This document shows, piece by piece, positions 35,879 to 47,734 of a stretch of 64,000 nucleotides of DNA. The DNA comes from Azolla caroliniana (Eukaryota > Plantae > Polypodiophyta), in contig JBHGNT010000014.1 in NCBI GenBank assembly GCA_043228905.1, positions 16,616,001 through 16,680,000 of the forward strand, read 5' to 3'. The notes under the pieces are model-generated. The model was not told the DNA's origin. It did no database searches and was given only the letters and a program-made list of their open reading frames with translations. The translations under genes were made by a program, and so were the position numbers. How positions within the stretch are numbered: the first letter of the stretch is position 1; every line of letters starts with the position of its first letter.

Positions 35879-37198
35879 TGTCGTGAAAATCCGTCATTAT
35901 GTGCAGATCGTGAGACAGAACCGCTGCAGTTTTGGACTAGAAGGATTTAGAGCAACATGAACAACACAAGCAAGTTTTAAGCATGAGACAAGAGGGAGAG
36001 ACAAATCATTCATTTATTGCAAAAGAAAATCAATTCTTTATAATTTCAGAATTGTGTTACAATGGGTTGGGTATGGAAATGAGAGATTTGTTTCCAAAGA
36101 AAGGAGCCAACAACCATGCAAGGAGTGGTCCGATATGAATCCCAGAGATAATCTTTTACAAGAAAGCTCAAGTCCACAAAACTAAGAGTTTGATATCAAT
36201 ATGTGAGATAATTTTCTTCTCGAATCGGAGAGGGAAGAAGAAAGAAGGGGAAAAAAGAAGAAGAAAAAAAAACTAGGAGGGAAAAAAAATGGGACATATC
36301 TCGAGCTCCTCATTGATCCTCCTCCCCAATGTTACTTTTCATGCCCACTTTTAGTCGGATGGCCTCTATTTTTAGTTGCATGGCCTCTGCTTTTAGTCGC
36401 ATGCTTCCATTTTCAGATGCATGCCTTTTTACTTTTAGTTGCATGGCCTTGGCTTTTGGTTGCATGCGATTGTCCGTATAATTCGGCCAAATGACACAAT
36501 CATCCATAAAGTTTAGCCCGTGCGCAATCCGTATGTGCGTCGCAACCAAACTGTAGATGCGTCAGCGTGCAAAAGTCTCGACCACGTAGTAGTGTACGCA
36601 TCCACGCATGCGCACGTCCCGACTGCGCCGTAGTGTACGCATCCACGCGCGCGCGCGCATCCAACCCGCATTGTATACGCATCCGCGCACAAAAGTCTTG
36701 TCCGCGCCGTAGTGTACGCATCCACGCATGCGCGCGTGCGCACACACGCGTCCACGCCGCACATACGCGTCCACCCGAAACTTGCACACGTGCATACATC
36801 CGAAGACGTCCATGCGCGCGTACTTCCGAAAACGTCCACGCGGCCATTTAAACGCGCGTACACCCGAAGCATGCACACGACATATTGTAGCCCAAGTCAC
36901 CTTGAACATCCTATGCTCCACACATTGATAGAACGAATATGTTTTGGTTTCCCTTATATATTCTGGGTTCCAATGTTGTCCTATCTATGTGGGATAGCTC
37001 ACAATTTTGTCTTTTCTTTTCTTTTCTTTTCTTCAAACTTCACACTCACATAACTTGATACTTGTTTATCTGTTTTATGCGTAGTAAAATACGCTATGAA
37101 GCTCTTTAACACATCTATCTTTCCATATCAATATATTAAGCTAATCGTAAATAGTTATTTTACTAGTTTTCATATCATGTGTGAAAACCCACACGACA
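35879..37198 (-). repeat. C 5' LTR
   Basis: Adjacent to the PBS; direct repeat of 12031-13957. Confidence 0.92.
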
Positions 37199-37259
37199 GT
37201 GTAACATAGCGACATATTTGGTGAACCCAACGTGAACGGGGCGGCAAAGGAGTCGAAAG

Positions 37260-40047
37260 ATGAGGGGATCGGAGCTAGCAGAGGCAATGGCGGTGGCCAT
37301 CGACCGGCTGGTGAGCACTCGTGAGGGGACGGGTACCCTCTGTTGGTAACTCGACATTCCTTATGTTCGACGCTCGGCCACAACCGAGATTCTTTTCATA
37401 CACAGAAAACAGGTAATGAAACGCGACACAAAAGGAAGAGAAGAAGAAGAGAAATGGTACACGGGAGGTATACGTGGAAAACCCCTCTATAGGGGAAAAA
37501 CCACGGCAGCCCACAAGCTGCAAACTGTCACTATGCAGAAATATACAACAGTGAGATCACTGAGGCAACGACCTCGTGTTCTCAGATCTTCGCCACAGGC
37601 GGCGGTTACAACAGAGGCAACGACCTCGTCTCTCTCTCTCTCTCTCTCTCTGTATAGTTACGCGCTCTGATTTCTTCTTGCACCAACAAGAAGGAATGAC
37701 AACTAGAATGACAACAGTAACCAAAAGTTTGCCCTAAGTCATATTTATATTAATATGACTTTTCGGCTATTTACAACTGTAGCCTCGATGGGCTCCATCC
37801 GGCTCTCCGCAGTCGGGTACTCCTTATCCGGTTCATACCGGGCCTACACCATCCGACTCTCCGAAGTCGGGTTCTCCTCATCCGGTTCATACCGGGCCTA
37901 CACCATCCGACTCTCCGAAGTCGGGTTCTCCCTATTCGGTTCATACCGTTTCGGCTGAGGCCTATCGGCCTCGGCCGAGTTTGTTCGTCGGCACTGTTCT
38001 TCTCCCCCTTCCCATCCGGAGGGACCTGTCTACTAACACCCTCGACAGAGCCATTGAATCGATCGTCGGCTCTATAGGCCGTTTCGAAGGGAAAGACGCC
38101 ACAAGTTATTTGGAGTCTTATCGGGCCGAAATGATCATGAGGGATATCCCGGTGGACATGCGGCTGTCCGGATTCCCTTGGGTGGTGACGCCGGGCATCC
38201 ACGCGGAGGTGCTCGAGGTGTTGGCCGGATGCCAGACTTGGGAGGAGTTCGAGCTGCAGCTCCTCGAGAAGTACAGGTTTGACGACTCGCTTCGGTTGTC
38301 AAGGCGGGACTTCATGACGTGGGTGGAAAGCCCCAGAAAGGGGAGGAACACGTTGGTGCTCCTCCAAGAGTTCGAAAAACGGTTCGCGCGGCTGTCGACG
38401 TTGGACCGGACGGTGCTCGAAACAAGTCGAGCACTACTGTTTGTCAAGTCGGTGGACACGCTCGAGAGGGAAAAGGTGGGTCCCCTATTGGAAACGGACG
38501 AAGGCCTCACGACAGACTGGGCCGTGGTAAAACGGGTCTGCAGCCGTTTCGACAAATGGCGCGATTGGAGCGACGGAAGCTCGTCGGGGTCGGGGCCGGT
38601 CCCGGGGTGGAGGCTCGAGGAGTCGGTATCAGTGCCGGCCGGTAGGAAGGAAGAGACCCGAATCTAGCCGGAGTCGGGGTCGGCATCGAACGACGTGGTC
38701 AGAGGCCCATCTGGAGGAGCTGACACAAATGGTGCGTGACCTCTGGATCGCACAGGCCCAAAGAGACAACGGCGAACAACCTCGCGACCGGAGGCTGCCG
38801 GCTGGGCAGCGGTGCATGTGGTGTGACGGGATCGGTCACATTCGGAAGGATTGCGCGGATTTCGCCGACACGCTCAGGACCAATGTGGTGTACCTCTGGA
38901 ACGGGCGGGTGCACGCGAGCGAGACCTGGAGAGCCCTAGAACTGAATACGGGGCGTGACGGAATGAAGAGGTTGATGGAAGAGGCCACGGCACGGCACGT
39001 CGAAGCTGTTAACTACTCAGTGTTGGCGGGAATTTGGGTCGGGGGTGATGAGACCCGAAAGGCGAAGGACTCTGGATTCTGGCCGCTAGTGCTAGAAGGC
39101 CTCTCCGGAGTTCGGCTGAAGAAGGAAGAGGCAGACCGCGCGGAACAGAAGAGAAGACGGGCTTCGTAGAAGCCGCTTGCCAAAACTACGAGGTTCTGGT
39201 GGAAGACAAACGGGCAGGAAAGGCCGGAGGGGTCGGTCCCCCGCAGAGGTACGAGACCCGGTTCGGACCGAAACCAGCCGGTGCCGACAACCCATGCGTG
39301 CCGGATGGGAAGAAGCAGGTGGGGTTTCGGTTGAGCACCGAAATCGAGAGAGCAACGGACCTACGGAAGGTCCTTGAAGAGCGGATCCTCGATAGTAAAG
39401 TGGAGTTGTCGTTGCGGGAGGTGCTGGGAATCGCCAAGAGGGAGTTCCATGACTCTATCGTAGACTTGGTGAAGCGGAAGAGGCTCTCGATGGAGCCAGA
39501 ACTGGAGAAGCCGGTGGATGTGCGGACCACGCACTTGGAAGACGAAGCCCTAGAAGACGAGTTGGCGGGAAGCCACTACACAAAGCCGCATTGGGCCAAG
39601 GCAACTACGGAAACCCTTGTATGGATCGGCAATGTCCTGGAACCGGTGGTGGTGTTGGTAGACCATGGGTCCGAAATCAACCTGATGTCTATGGATTTCT
39701 ACAAGAAGGGTAAATGGCCGATCAACACCAAGCACGGCTGGAAGATACGGGCGGCGACGCGCGCCACGGAAGAACTACATGGGGCCTGTCCGAACGTACG
39801 GGTGAAAATTGGCGACGTCGAGATCGACCAACACTTCTTCGTGCAGGAGACGTCCTCACATCCGGTTATACTAGGAGAGCCATACATCACGGCGGCACAG
39901 ATGGAGACCAAGGTGTTGGACAACGGTTTAGCCTATGCAAGAGTCAAGAGCCAGGACGAGCGTCACTTGGTCCAGTTCCTAACGGTGCGACCAAACCACG
40001 AGCGTAACCACGAGGCCCTCGGCGGCGAAACCCGAGGGGATTTTTAG
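37260..40047 (+). pseudogene. gag: A gag-protease (interrupted by the Copia solo LTR; stops and frameshifts)
   Basis: Collinear with B gag-pro; CMWCDGIGHIRKDC; VLVDHGSEIN. Confidence 0.9.
37341..38038 (-). mobile_element. Copia-type solo LTR with 54-bp tandem repeat x3 (about 37795-37948)
   Basis: TSD CCCTC/CCCTC; minus strand starts TGTTAGTAGACAGGTCCCTCCGGATGGGAAG like LTR 391; removal restores EGTGTLDRA. Confidence 0.92.
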
Positions 40048-42310
40048 AGAGGGCTATCGAGGCGTGGGGTCGCGATAGTCCGGACACCCGGGAAGAACCC
40101 CACAAATGTAAAGTACGGAAGCAAACTTGTACCGTAGGTAGGAAATTTTGGTTCTCCGACAACGGAGGTTGTACTATAACCGGCGTCAGCGGCCGAGAGA
40201 GGAAGCGAGCGGAGGAGCGGCTCAGCGGATGCAGAGTCCTCTTCCCCGACGAAGACATCAGCGACGCCGTGGAGGTGGTCTCTTTTGACGACACCTTGGG
40301 CGAACTGCGAAAGGTGATCGGTGAAGACCTTAGAGAAGACCGGACCGTTCCGGTAGGGTCAATGGGAACGTACGAAGTCATCGCGGACTTCGGGGAAAGG
40401 ATCGGGTCGGATCGGACGGCCCGCGTGGATACAAAGTACAAGACTGTGGACTGGAAAGTGAGGCCAATCGCAACACCCTTGTCGGAGGGCAGCGAGGAGC
40501 GGATAAAAGGGGTCGCGTCGGACCCAAGTTTACGAAATCCGGCTGGCAAAGGGCACCGGTTCACCGACATAACGCTACGGGAGCTCAAGGTCGGTGGGGG
40601 CGGCTTTCTACTGCCGGCGGAAGAGGACCGGTTTCGGAGAATGCTCGGGAGGCACGGGAAGCCTTTCGCATTCTCACCGGAGGAGATCGGGTGCGTAGAC
40701 CCGACAATTGTCGAACTGATGGTGATCTTCACGGTACCGCATGTACCGTGGAATCTCAAGCTGATTCCGGTGCCGAGAGCTCACATCCTGAAGTTGATGG
40801 AGCTCCTGAAGCAAAAGGTGGAGATGGGCATCCTCGAACCGTCGAGTGTCCCATATTCGAATCGGTGGTTTACGGTGCCGAAGAAGAACGGCACGCTGCG
40901 CTTCATTCAGGACATGCAACCGGTCAACAAGGTGACCATCTGTAATGCAGGAATCAGACCGACCATAGAGGAGTTCGCGGAGGCCTTCGCTGGAAGGTCG
41001 ATCTATTCTGTCGGTGATCTGTACTCGGGGTACGATCAGTTCCAACTAGCCGTGGAGAGCAGAGACATTACGACGATGCGGACTCCTCTCGGCCTAGTGC
41101 GGATGTGTCCCTGCCACAAGGAGGGACGAACTCAGTGGCTCACATGGTGAACGCGATGAACAATGTGCTCCGGGATTGTATCCCGGACATCACCATGCCA
41201 TTCTTAGACGACATCCCGATCAGGGGATGCCCGGTGGAGAAAAAGGACGAGGCAATCGAGCCAGACGGATGTCGGAATTTCGTGGCGTCCCACATCGATG
41301 ACTGCGAGAAGGTGCTGCAGAGACTAGAATGCACGAGGCTCACCTTCTCCGGGGAAAAGCCGGCCTTCGGGCAATCAGAGATCATGGTCGTCGGGCACCT
41401 ATGTGGACCATACGGTTGGAAACCGTCTTCGGCCAAGGTGGAAGCCATCTCCGCGATGAAACACGACTGCAATTCGGTCACAGAGGTCCGCAGATTCTTG
41501 GGAGCATGCACGTTCTACCACATCTGGATCCCGCACTATGCACATGTCGCGGAACCCCTCTACGGACTATTGAAAAAAGGGTGTAGCTTTGAGTGGAGGA
41601 CGGAGCACACGGAGTCGGTATGGAGACTAAAGGAGGCGCTTACGATGGCGCCGGCTCTCCGTAAAGCGGTTTACGGCAAGGATGTTCCCATCTGTGTGAC
41701 GGTGGACACCAGGCGGACCGGGATCGGGTGGGTAATTAGTCAGGAGGACAAGGACGGCGTACGATTCCCGATCCGGTTCGGGGCGAAGGTATTGAGCGAG
41801 CGGCAACGAGGATACACCCAAGTTAAGCGCGAGCTTTGGGGTGTCATTTCGGCAGTCCGGGCCGACAAGGATTATCTGATCGAGATGGAGGTGATCATCG
41901 AGACGGACTGCCTGCCGATACTCGGCATGGTTTCCGAATTTCATGACGCCGGACCTAGCAATGTTCCGGTGGATAGCATACATTAAGTGCCTATGGCACA
42001 TCTCCGGAAAGGACAACGCCATGGCCGACATGCTTTCAAGGGCAAGGTTCAACGACGAAGAAGTCGGCAAGGATTTCTTCGAGTCGGCTATCGTAACGAC
42101 GAGGAAAAGGAACACTCCAGCGCTTAACGAATTTGACGAAAGCAAGTACGACAGGGAGTGGCTCCAAATCAGGAGGTTCCTACAGATGATGATGCCGAAC
42201 GCAGCATGGGCGAGAAAGGAAGCGAGCCGGGTACGGAAGAAGGCGTACCGATTCTTCCTGTAGGACGGGTGCATATGGAGGCACCCAAAGAAGAGAAGCG
42301 GCATCCCACT
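40038..42310 (+). pseudogene. pol: A pol (RT-RH), degenerate, cut by element I before integrase
   Basis: DLYSGYDQF, PFLDD, ETDC, ADMLSR; frameshifts near 41108 and 41940. Confidence 0.92.
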
Positions 42311-45300
42311 TGTTCTCCGTCGGAATAGTAACCGACGGCCAAAAGCGTAGGAATAAGAAACTATATAAGAGCATAACGCATGTAACGGTTCACGCAGGAA
42401 GCGTGAACGGCTAATTAGACCCTGCATATATAAAGGATAGAAAACCTCTTATGGAGGTGCGTGTAATTTTTGAAATGTAAAGAACGCCTGATAATAGAAT
42501 TCTATCTTCTCTGAGTTTCTGTGTATAACTGCGGCTAATTCAGTGTCGGTGTCTCGAATACTTAAGCGTAGTAGTACATAAGTGTAACCTGTGATAGGGA
42601 TTCAGTTGTAGCCGTCTTCCCTTATACGCGGAGGAATTACAGAGGTTCTCCCCTTACGCATTACGCTTAAACCCTGTTTGTTGTTCCACACCCACCTTGG
42701 GGTCTAGGTCGAAGGACTGACCACGGACCGTGTTCCTAAAAGGCAACACTTTTGGCACGCTTGGTGATCTGTGTTTCCTCACAGACGAGCAACAACGAAT
42801 GGATGTTTAGCCGCAGACGACCCAGAGAACCAACAAGACAAGACCGGCCAATCACAAGGTCTGTCACACGCTAGGCAAAAGAACGCGCTAGGCAAAAGCC
42901 GCGCATCAACGACCTCAGTACTACCTGCCGGGACTGCAAAGGGGATTCTTTGCTCCCCAAATACCTCGACGAGACACGGGGACCACGCTCACCGCAGCCA
43001 CCCTGTGACCTTTTCCGATCCGCCGTAGCTCTCACTATGGCCTTTGCCCACCCCCGTTTTAACGGCGAAACCGACGCCGCAACTCATATTCGCATGTTCT
43101 TGAATGTTTGGAATGCGAACCACATGGCGCAGAATCTCTTCGAGACGGTGGCACACCAGTCGAAAATGACAGAGTTCGGATTAACATTAGATGGGCGTGC
43201 GGCGTTCCGGCATTCATAGATGGACTTACCAGCCATAACAACCTTCGATCAGTTCCAGTCCGCTTTCTTGCGATTCTTCCATCGGAGGGTTCCACAATGC
43301 GAGATTCTCGGGCAGTTTTATACAATTAAGCAGCTACCGATCGAGACGATAGCAGACTTTAGCTTACGTTTCCAAAATTTACGACAGAAACTGGAATGAA
43401 GCCCCGCGGAGGAGGAGGCTCGGGAGACATTTCTAGCAGCGTTACGCCAGCCTATCCAGGCAACGCTCAACAACAATAGCGTAAAAGGGGAAACGGTGGA
43501 TATGGTGATTGAACGAGCGTTACAACTCGAGTTGGATGACGAGGAGGAGAGGTTTTCGATGTCATCCTTACGACAAGCGTTACCTCAGGATGAGGAACGC
43601 CAATTTCGTCAAGCAATCCATGGCACGATTTGCTTGAACTCGGGGCATTCCACGGTAGAGTGCAATATGCGAATCCACTGCCCAATCTGCCACTTGAAGG
43701 TTCACACAGTTGACCAATGCGAGTACAATATGTTAAACAGAGCCACTCCCTCGGTCCATAGAATGGATATACAGCGTCAACCGCACCGGGCGGAACAAAG
43801 GAGGCAAGAAGACCGACCCCGGTATAATGATTGCAACCCGCGGGAGGACTGGTACAACCGGAATCACCGGAATCACAACGAGTCCAAGGAGGACACCCAG
43901 AGGACGAGGATTATCGTGGACATCCGAGTTACGCCAAAGGGGGACGACGATACGAACATCAACGCCCGACAAACAAACGGGGCAGCTTCAATGGCTATCA
44001 GGGTAAGCCTCGGGAATATAGGGATCACCGGCATTATGACGAAAGCTCGGGGGATGAGCGGCACCAGGAACAACGACGGGACCAACAGTAGCCACCGCGT
44101 ACGTTCCGACAAACGAGGCCGGACCGCGAAGAGCAAGTAGCGCCCGGAGAGCGGCACGCAACACCTAGGGCTGAGAAGGGAGAATCAAGCATCCATTGTT
44201 TTATTTGTGAGCAACCCGGACACTATGCCACGCAATGCCCAACACGCAAGGGAAAGGGGCCCGCCGTCAATACGATTACGGCGGAGGTGCAACAAGTCAC
44301 AACACGCCAGCAAACAAAAACGGCGGATTGGGCTGCGTAGGACGAGGTACGACGACAAGCCCAAGCCTGGGTGGAAAAAGCAAACACGACCAATACGGAA
44401 CGTATGCGGCAAGAGTCCGCGAACACAATGGAGAGAATAGAGAACGAAAGACCGGGGCCGGACCCCATTCAGCAAGTGTTAGCAGGCTGTGAAATCACGT
44501 TAACTATGGAAAAACTGCTACAGCTAGTTCCACGTTTCCGCCAGACCATGGAAGCACAGGTGGCAGGCATGCCCGGGGCGAGCGTTGCCACAAACTTGAT
44601 AGACGTCAGCGATGGACCACTGGTGGTGGATCAACACAACCCGGCTATTACAGTGATATTGCACGGACAGGAAGTTCCTGGATGCATAATCGACGACGGC
44701 TCAGGCGTCAATGTGATTAGCGCGAAAACTTGCGAACAATTAGGCATTTCCGAATGGGATGCGTGTCCATTCTAGCTCCGCATGGCACATACCGGCTCAG
44801 TGCGACCGTTGGGGTTAATTCGCAAAATAGTCATCATCGTGGGAGGACACTGCTTCGACATCTCGGCGGTCGTCCTCGCTTTGGATGCCCTAGGAGCGTA
44901 CCTAGTGCTTATGGGCAGACCATGGCTTCGGACAACAAATATCAAGTAGAGCTGGCAACACGAGTGTATCAGTTTCCGGCATGGACGCACCAAGGTTCGC
45001 GTACCTACGGAAGGCAACATGCCACAACCTAAGGGTATAACACCGTTATACGCGGAAGACATAAATATGTTGGCTGGGGTGGAGGATGCCGAATTGAAAG
45101 CGTACCTTGACGAACATCCTCGGATTATTCCGCTCTTCGAAATAGATGTCGCCGCAACTGCGGCAGAATATACCAAACCAAACCCAGAGTCCATATTGGA
45201 ACTCAGCAGAGCACGGGTGGCATTCGAAAGGGAAATGGAGATTTCACGACGAGTCACCGCTTCCGCTCTCGACGAAGTGAATGTGGGTACGGAATCGGAG

Positions 45301-45807
45301 CCCCGGTTCCTCTCCATAGCAAAGGAATTAAGGCCGGACCAGAGAATCACAATGATCGCACTACTCACGGAATATAAAGATGTGTTCGCTTGGGTTCACG
45401 AGGACATGAAGGGGTTAGATCCCAAGTTATACCAACATAAGATCAATTTAGCAACTGATGCGAAACCTGTCTAGCAGCGCCGCTACCGCATGAACCGCAA
45501 TTACCGACCCGCATGAAAGAAGAAATTGACAAGCTGCTGAGGGCGGGGTTCATACGACCAGTTAAACAAGCGACATGGCTAAGCTCGATAGTGGTTGTCC
45601 CAAAGAAAAACGGCAAAATACGGGTATGCGTAGATTACCGAAAATTAAACGCCGTAACCATTACGAACGCATTTCCCTTACCCTTCACCGATAGCGTGCT
45701 AGACGCCGTCGCAGGCCATGAGATGTACAGTTTCTTAGATGGCTTCAGTGGCTATAACCAAGTATGCATGCACCCCGAGGACCAGGAGAAGACGGCGTTT
45801 GTCACGG

Positions 45808-46430
45808 TGTCGTGAAGAAAACCGTCCACGAGTGGAATCGGTGTACTGGAGCGTAGAAACCGACTCTTCATGCACGTGCGCCTTAAGGAAATCCTAGGTA
45901 GATTCGGTAGGTAGGGAGTAAAGGGGAAACGGCTCCTTCCTTGTCTATAAAAGGAGGGAGACGAGGAGAGTAAAGGGATCGCGGAGAGTCGAGGACGAAG
46001 TGTTGTCGGATTGGGCGCGAAGGCTTCTCTCTCTCTCTCTGGTTCGCAGACTCCATAGCTTTCTCCTGTGCAGGTTTCGGGAGGCTCGTGCTGCTCTGAG
46101 GAAAGCCCGAGTGCTTCCGGCAGCACCTCCAACCTGTTCCTGTCTTTCTGTGCGTTTACGAACAGGTATCGGCATCTGTCCGCCGGCCTGTTCGGTTGTA
46201 GCCGGCTTCGTGTTTGTTGTCTTCGTGTTCTTGTTGTTGGTCTTGTTAATACATACATACATTCGTGTCTTCCTGTGTCGCTGTCCCACTTGCGTCTTTG
46301 TGTCGAAGGGCCATGTCCCTGTGGATCTACGCTCGCACGTAGAGGGTTCTTCCCATTCCTCTCTCGCTCTTTGGTACAAGACCCCCGAGGTTCCGCCTCA
46401 TTCCACGCACCCGCGAGGAATACCTCGACA
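45808..46430 (+). mobile_element. Solo LTR of the B family
   Basis: TGTCGTGAAG..CTCGACA, similar to B LTRs; 4-bp TSD ACGG; removal restores TAFVTDWG. Confidence 0.95.
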
Positions 46431-47734
46431 ACGGACTGGGGAGTATATGTGGCGGTCGTCATGATGTTCGGGCTAAAGACAGCTCCGGCAACATTTCAAC
46501 GAACGATTACGGAGATCTTTGGGGAATACATTCCAGCGTTCATGCAAGTCTTTCTAGACGATTTTGCGGTATATCGGCAAACAAAAGACCATTTTTCGCA
46601 CTTATGTCTGTGCCTAGAACGTTGCCGCACCGCACGCTTAAGCCTGAATCCCGTGAAATGTGCCTTCGGCATGACCAACGGGACTCTCCTAGGCCACATT
46701 GTCAACAAAGAAGGAATAGCGGTCGACCCAAACAAGATCTCCGCTATTACGCAAGATAAAACTCCAACAAATGCCAAATCACTTAGCCGATTTTTGGGAC
46801 AAATATGGTAGCATAGTCGGATGATATGGTATTTGGCGGACTTCGCCATGCCACTACACGCTACCGTACATCGGACTCCTTTCCAATGGATTGCAACAGA
46901 GGATAAGGCCTATGAGGCACTTAAGATAATGCTCACACAGGCCCCCGTCGTACAACCTCCAATTTGGGCGAAGCCATTCCACGTGTTCGTCGACGCCTCG
47001 GACATAGCAATAGGAAGCGCGCTAATGCAACTCACCGAACCAAACTGGTACAGGCCAGTATACTACGCAAGTCGTAAATTGTCAACAACAGAGCGTAACT
47101 ATTCCACAATAGAGCGGGAGGCGCTAGGGATGATCTATAGCATCAATAAATTGCAACATTATTTATTAGGAAGGAAATTCACGTTCCACGTGGATCATTC
47201 GGCATTATTGTATTTGGTGGAGAAACAAGCCCTGACAGGGAAATTGGCGCGGTGGATGCTGCTGCTCCAGGAATTCGAGTTCGTAATTCAGCACCGACCA
47301 TGGATGCAACACGCAGTGGAGGATTTTTTGAGCAGACTTGAGAATGGAGAAATAGTACAGAAAGATGACGACGATTTTCCGGACGCCGACATCTGGCGAG
47401 TAGCGACACTTGCAGAAAAAATGGAATCCACCTTTCCGGACCAATGGCTTATGGAAATGACATACTTTTTAACTACAGGACTGCCTCCACCACAATTACG
47501 CACGGACGAGAAGAAATGACTAGCCGTCTGAAGCCGTCACTTTTGCCTTGTCGAAGGAAATTTATATCACAAAGGAAGTGACGGCATTTGGCGACGTGGA
47601 GTCCGTCAGGATGAGAAGGAAGTAGTTTTACGGGAGGCACACTGCGGCAGGGCCGACGGCCATTATGCGGGCAACGTGACAGCCCGCAAAGTATGGCAGG
47701 CGGGCTTATGGTGGTCAACAACGTAGAAGGACGC

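Larger units (their letters stand above)
12031..37198 (-). mobile_element. Gypsy element C (tRNA-Trp primed, AT-richer relative of A/B) inserted 12 bp before the end of A's LTR
   Basis: LTRs 12031-13957 and 35879-37198; PBS 35853-35870; PPT 13958-13969; TSD GCGT/GTGT. Confidence 0.93.
4334..42310 (+). mobile_element. Gypsy element A (tRNA-Trp primed), heavily interrupted; continues beyond element I, 3' LTR not in window
   Basis: 5' LTR split into 4334-4591, 11604-12030 and 37203-37214 (TGTTGTG...GCGACA); PBS 37219-37236; gag from 37260; left flank ACGT. Confidence 0.85.

Noticed and set aside
45752-46811. Novel chimeric ORFs spanning LTR and RT (also the 5022, 16638, 25493 and 62145 starts)
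   Set aside because: Artefacts of ORF calling across insertion junctions or alternative starts inside LTRs.
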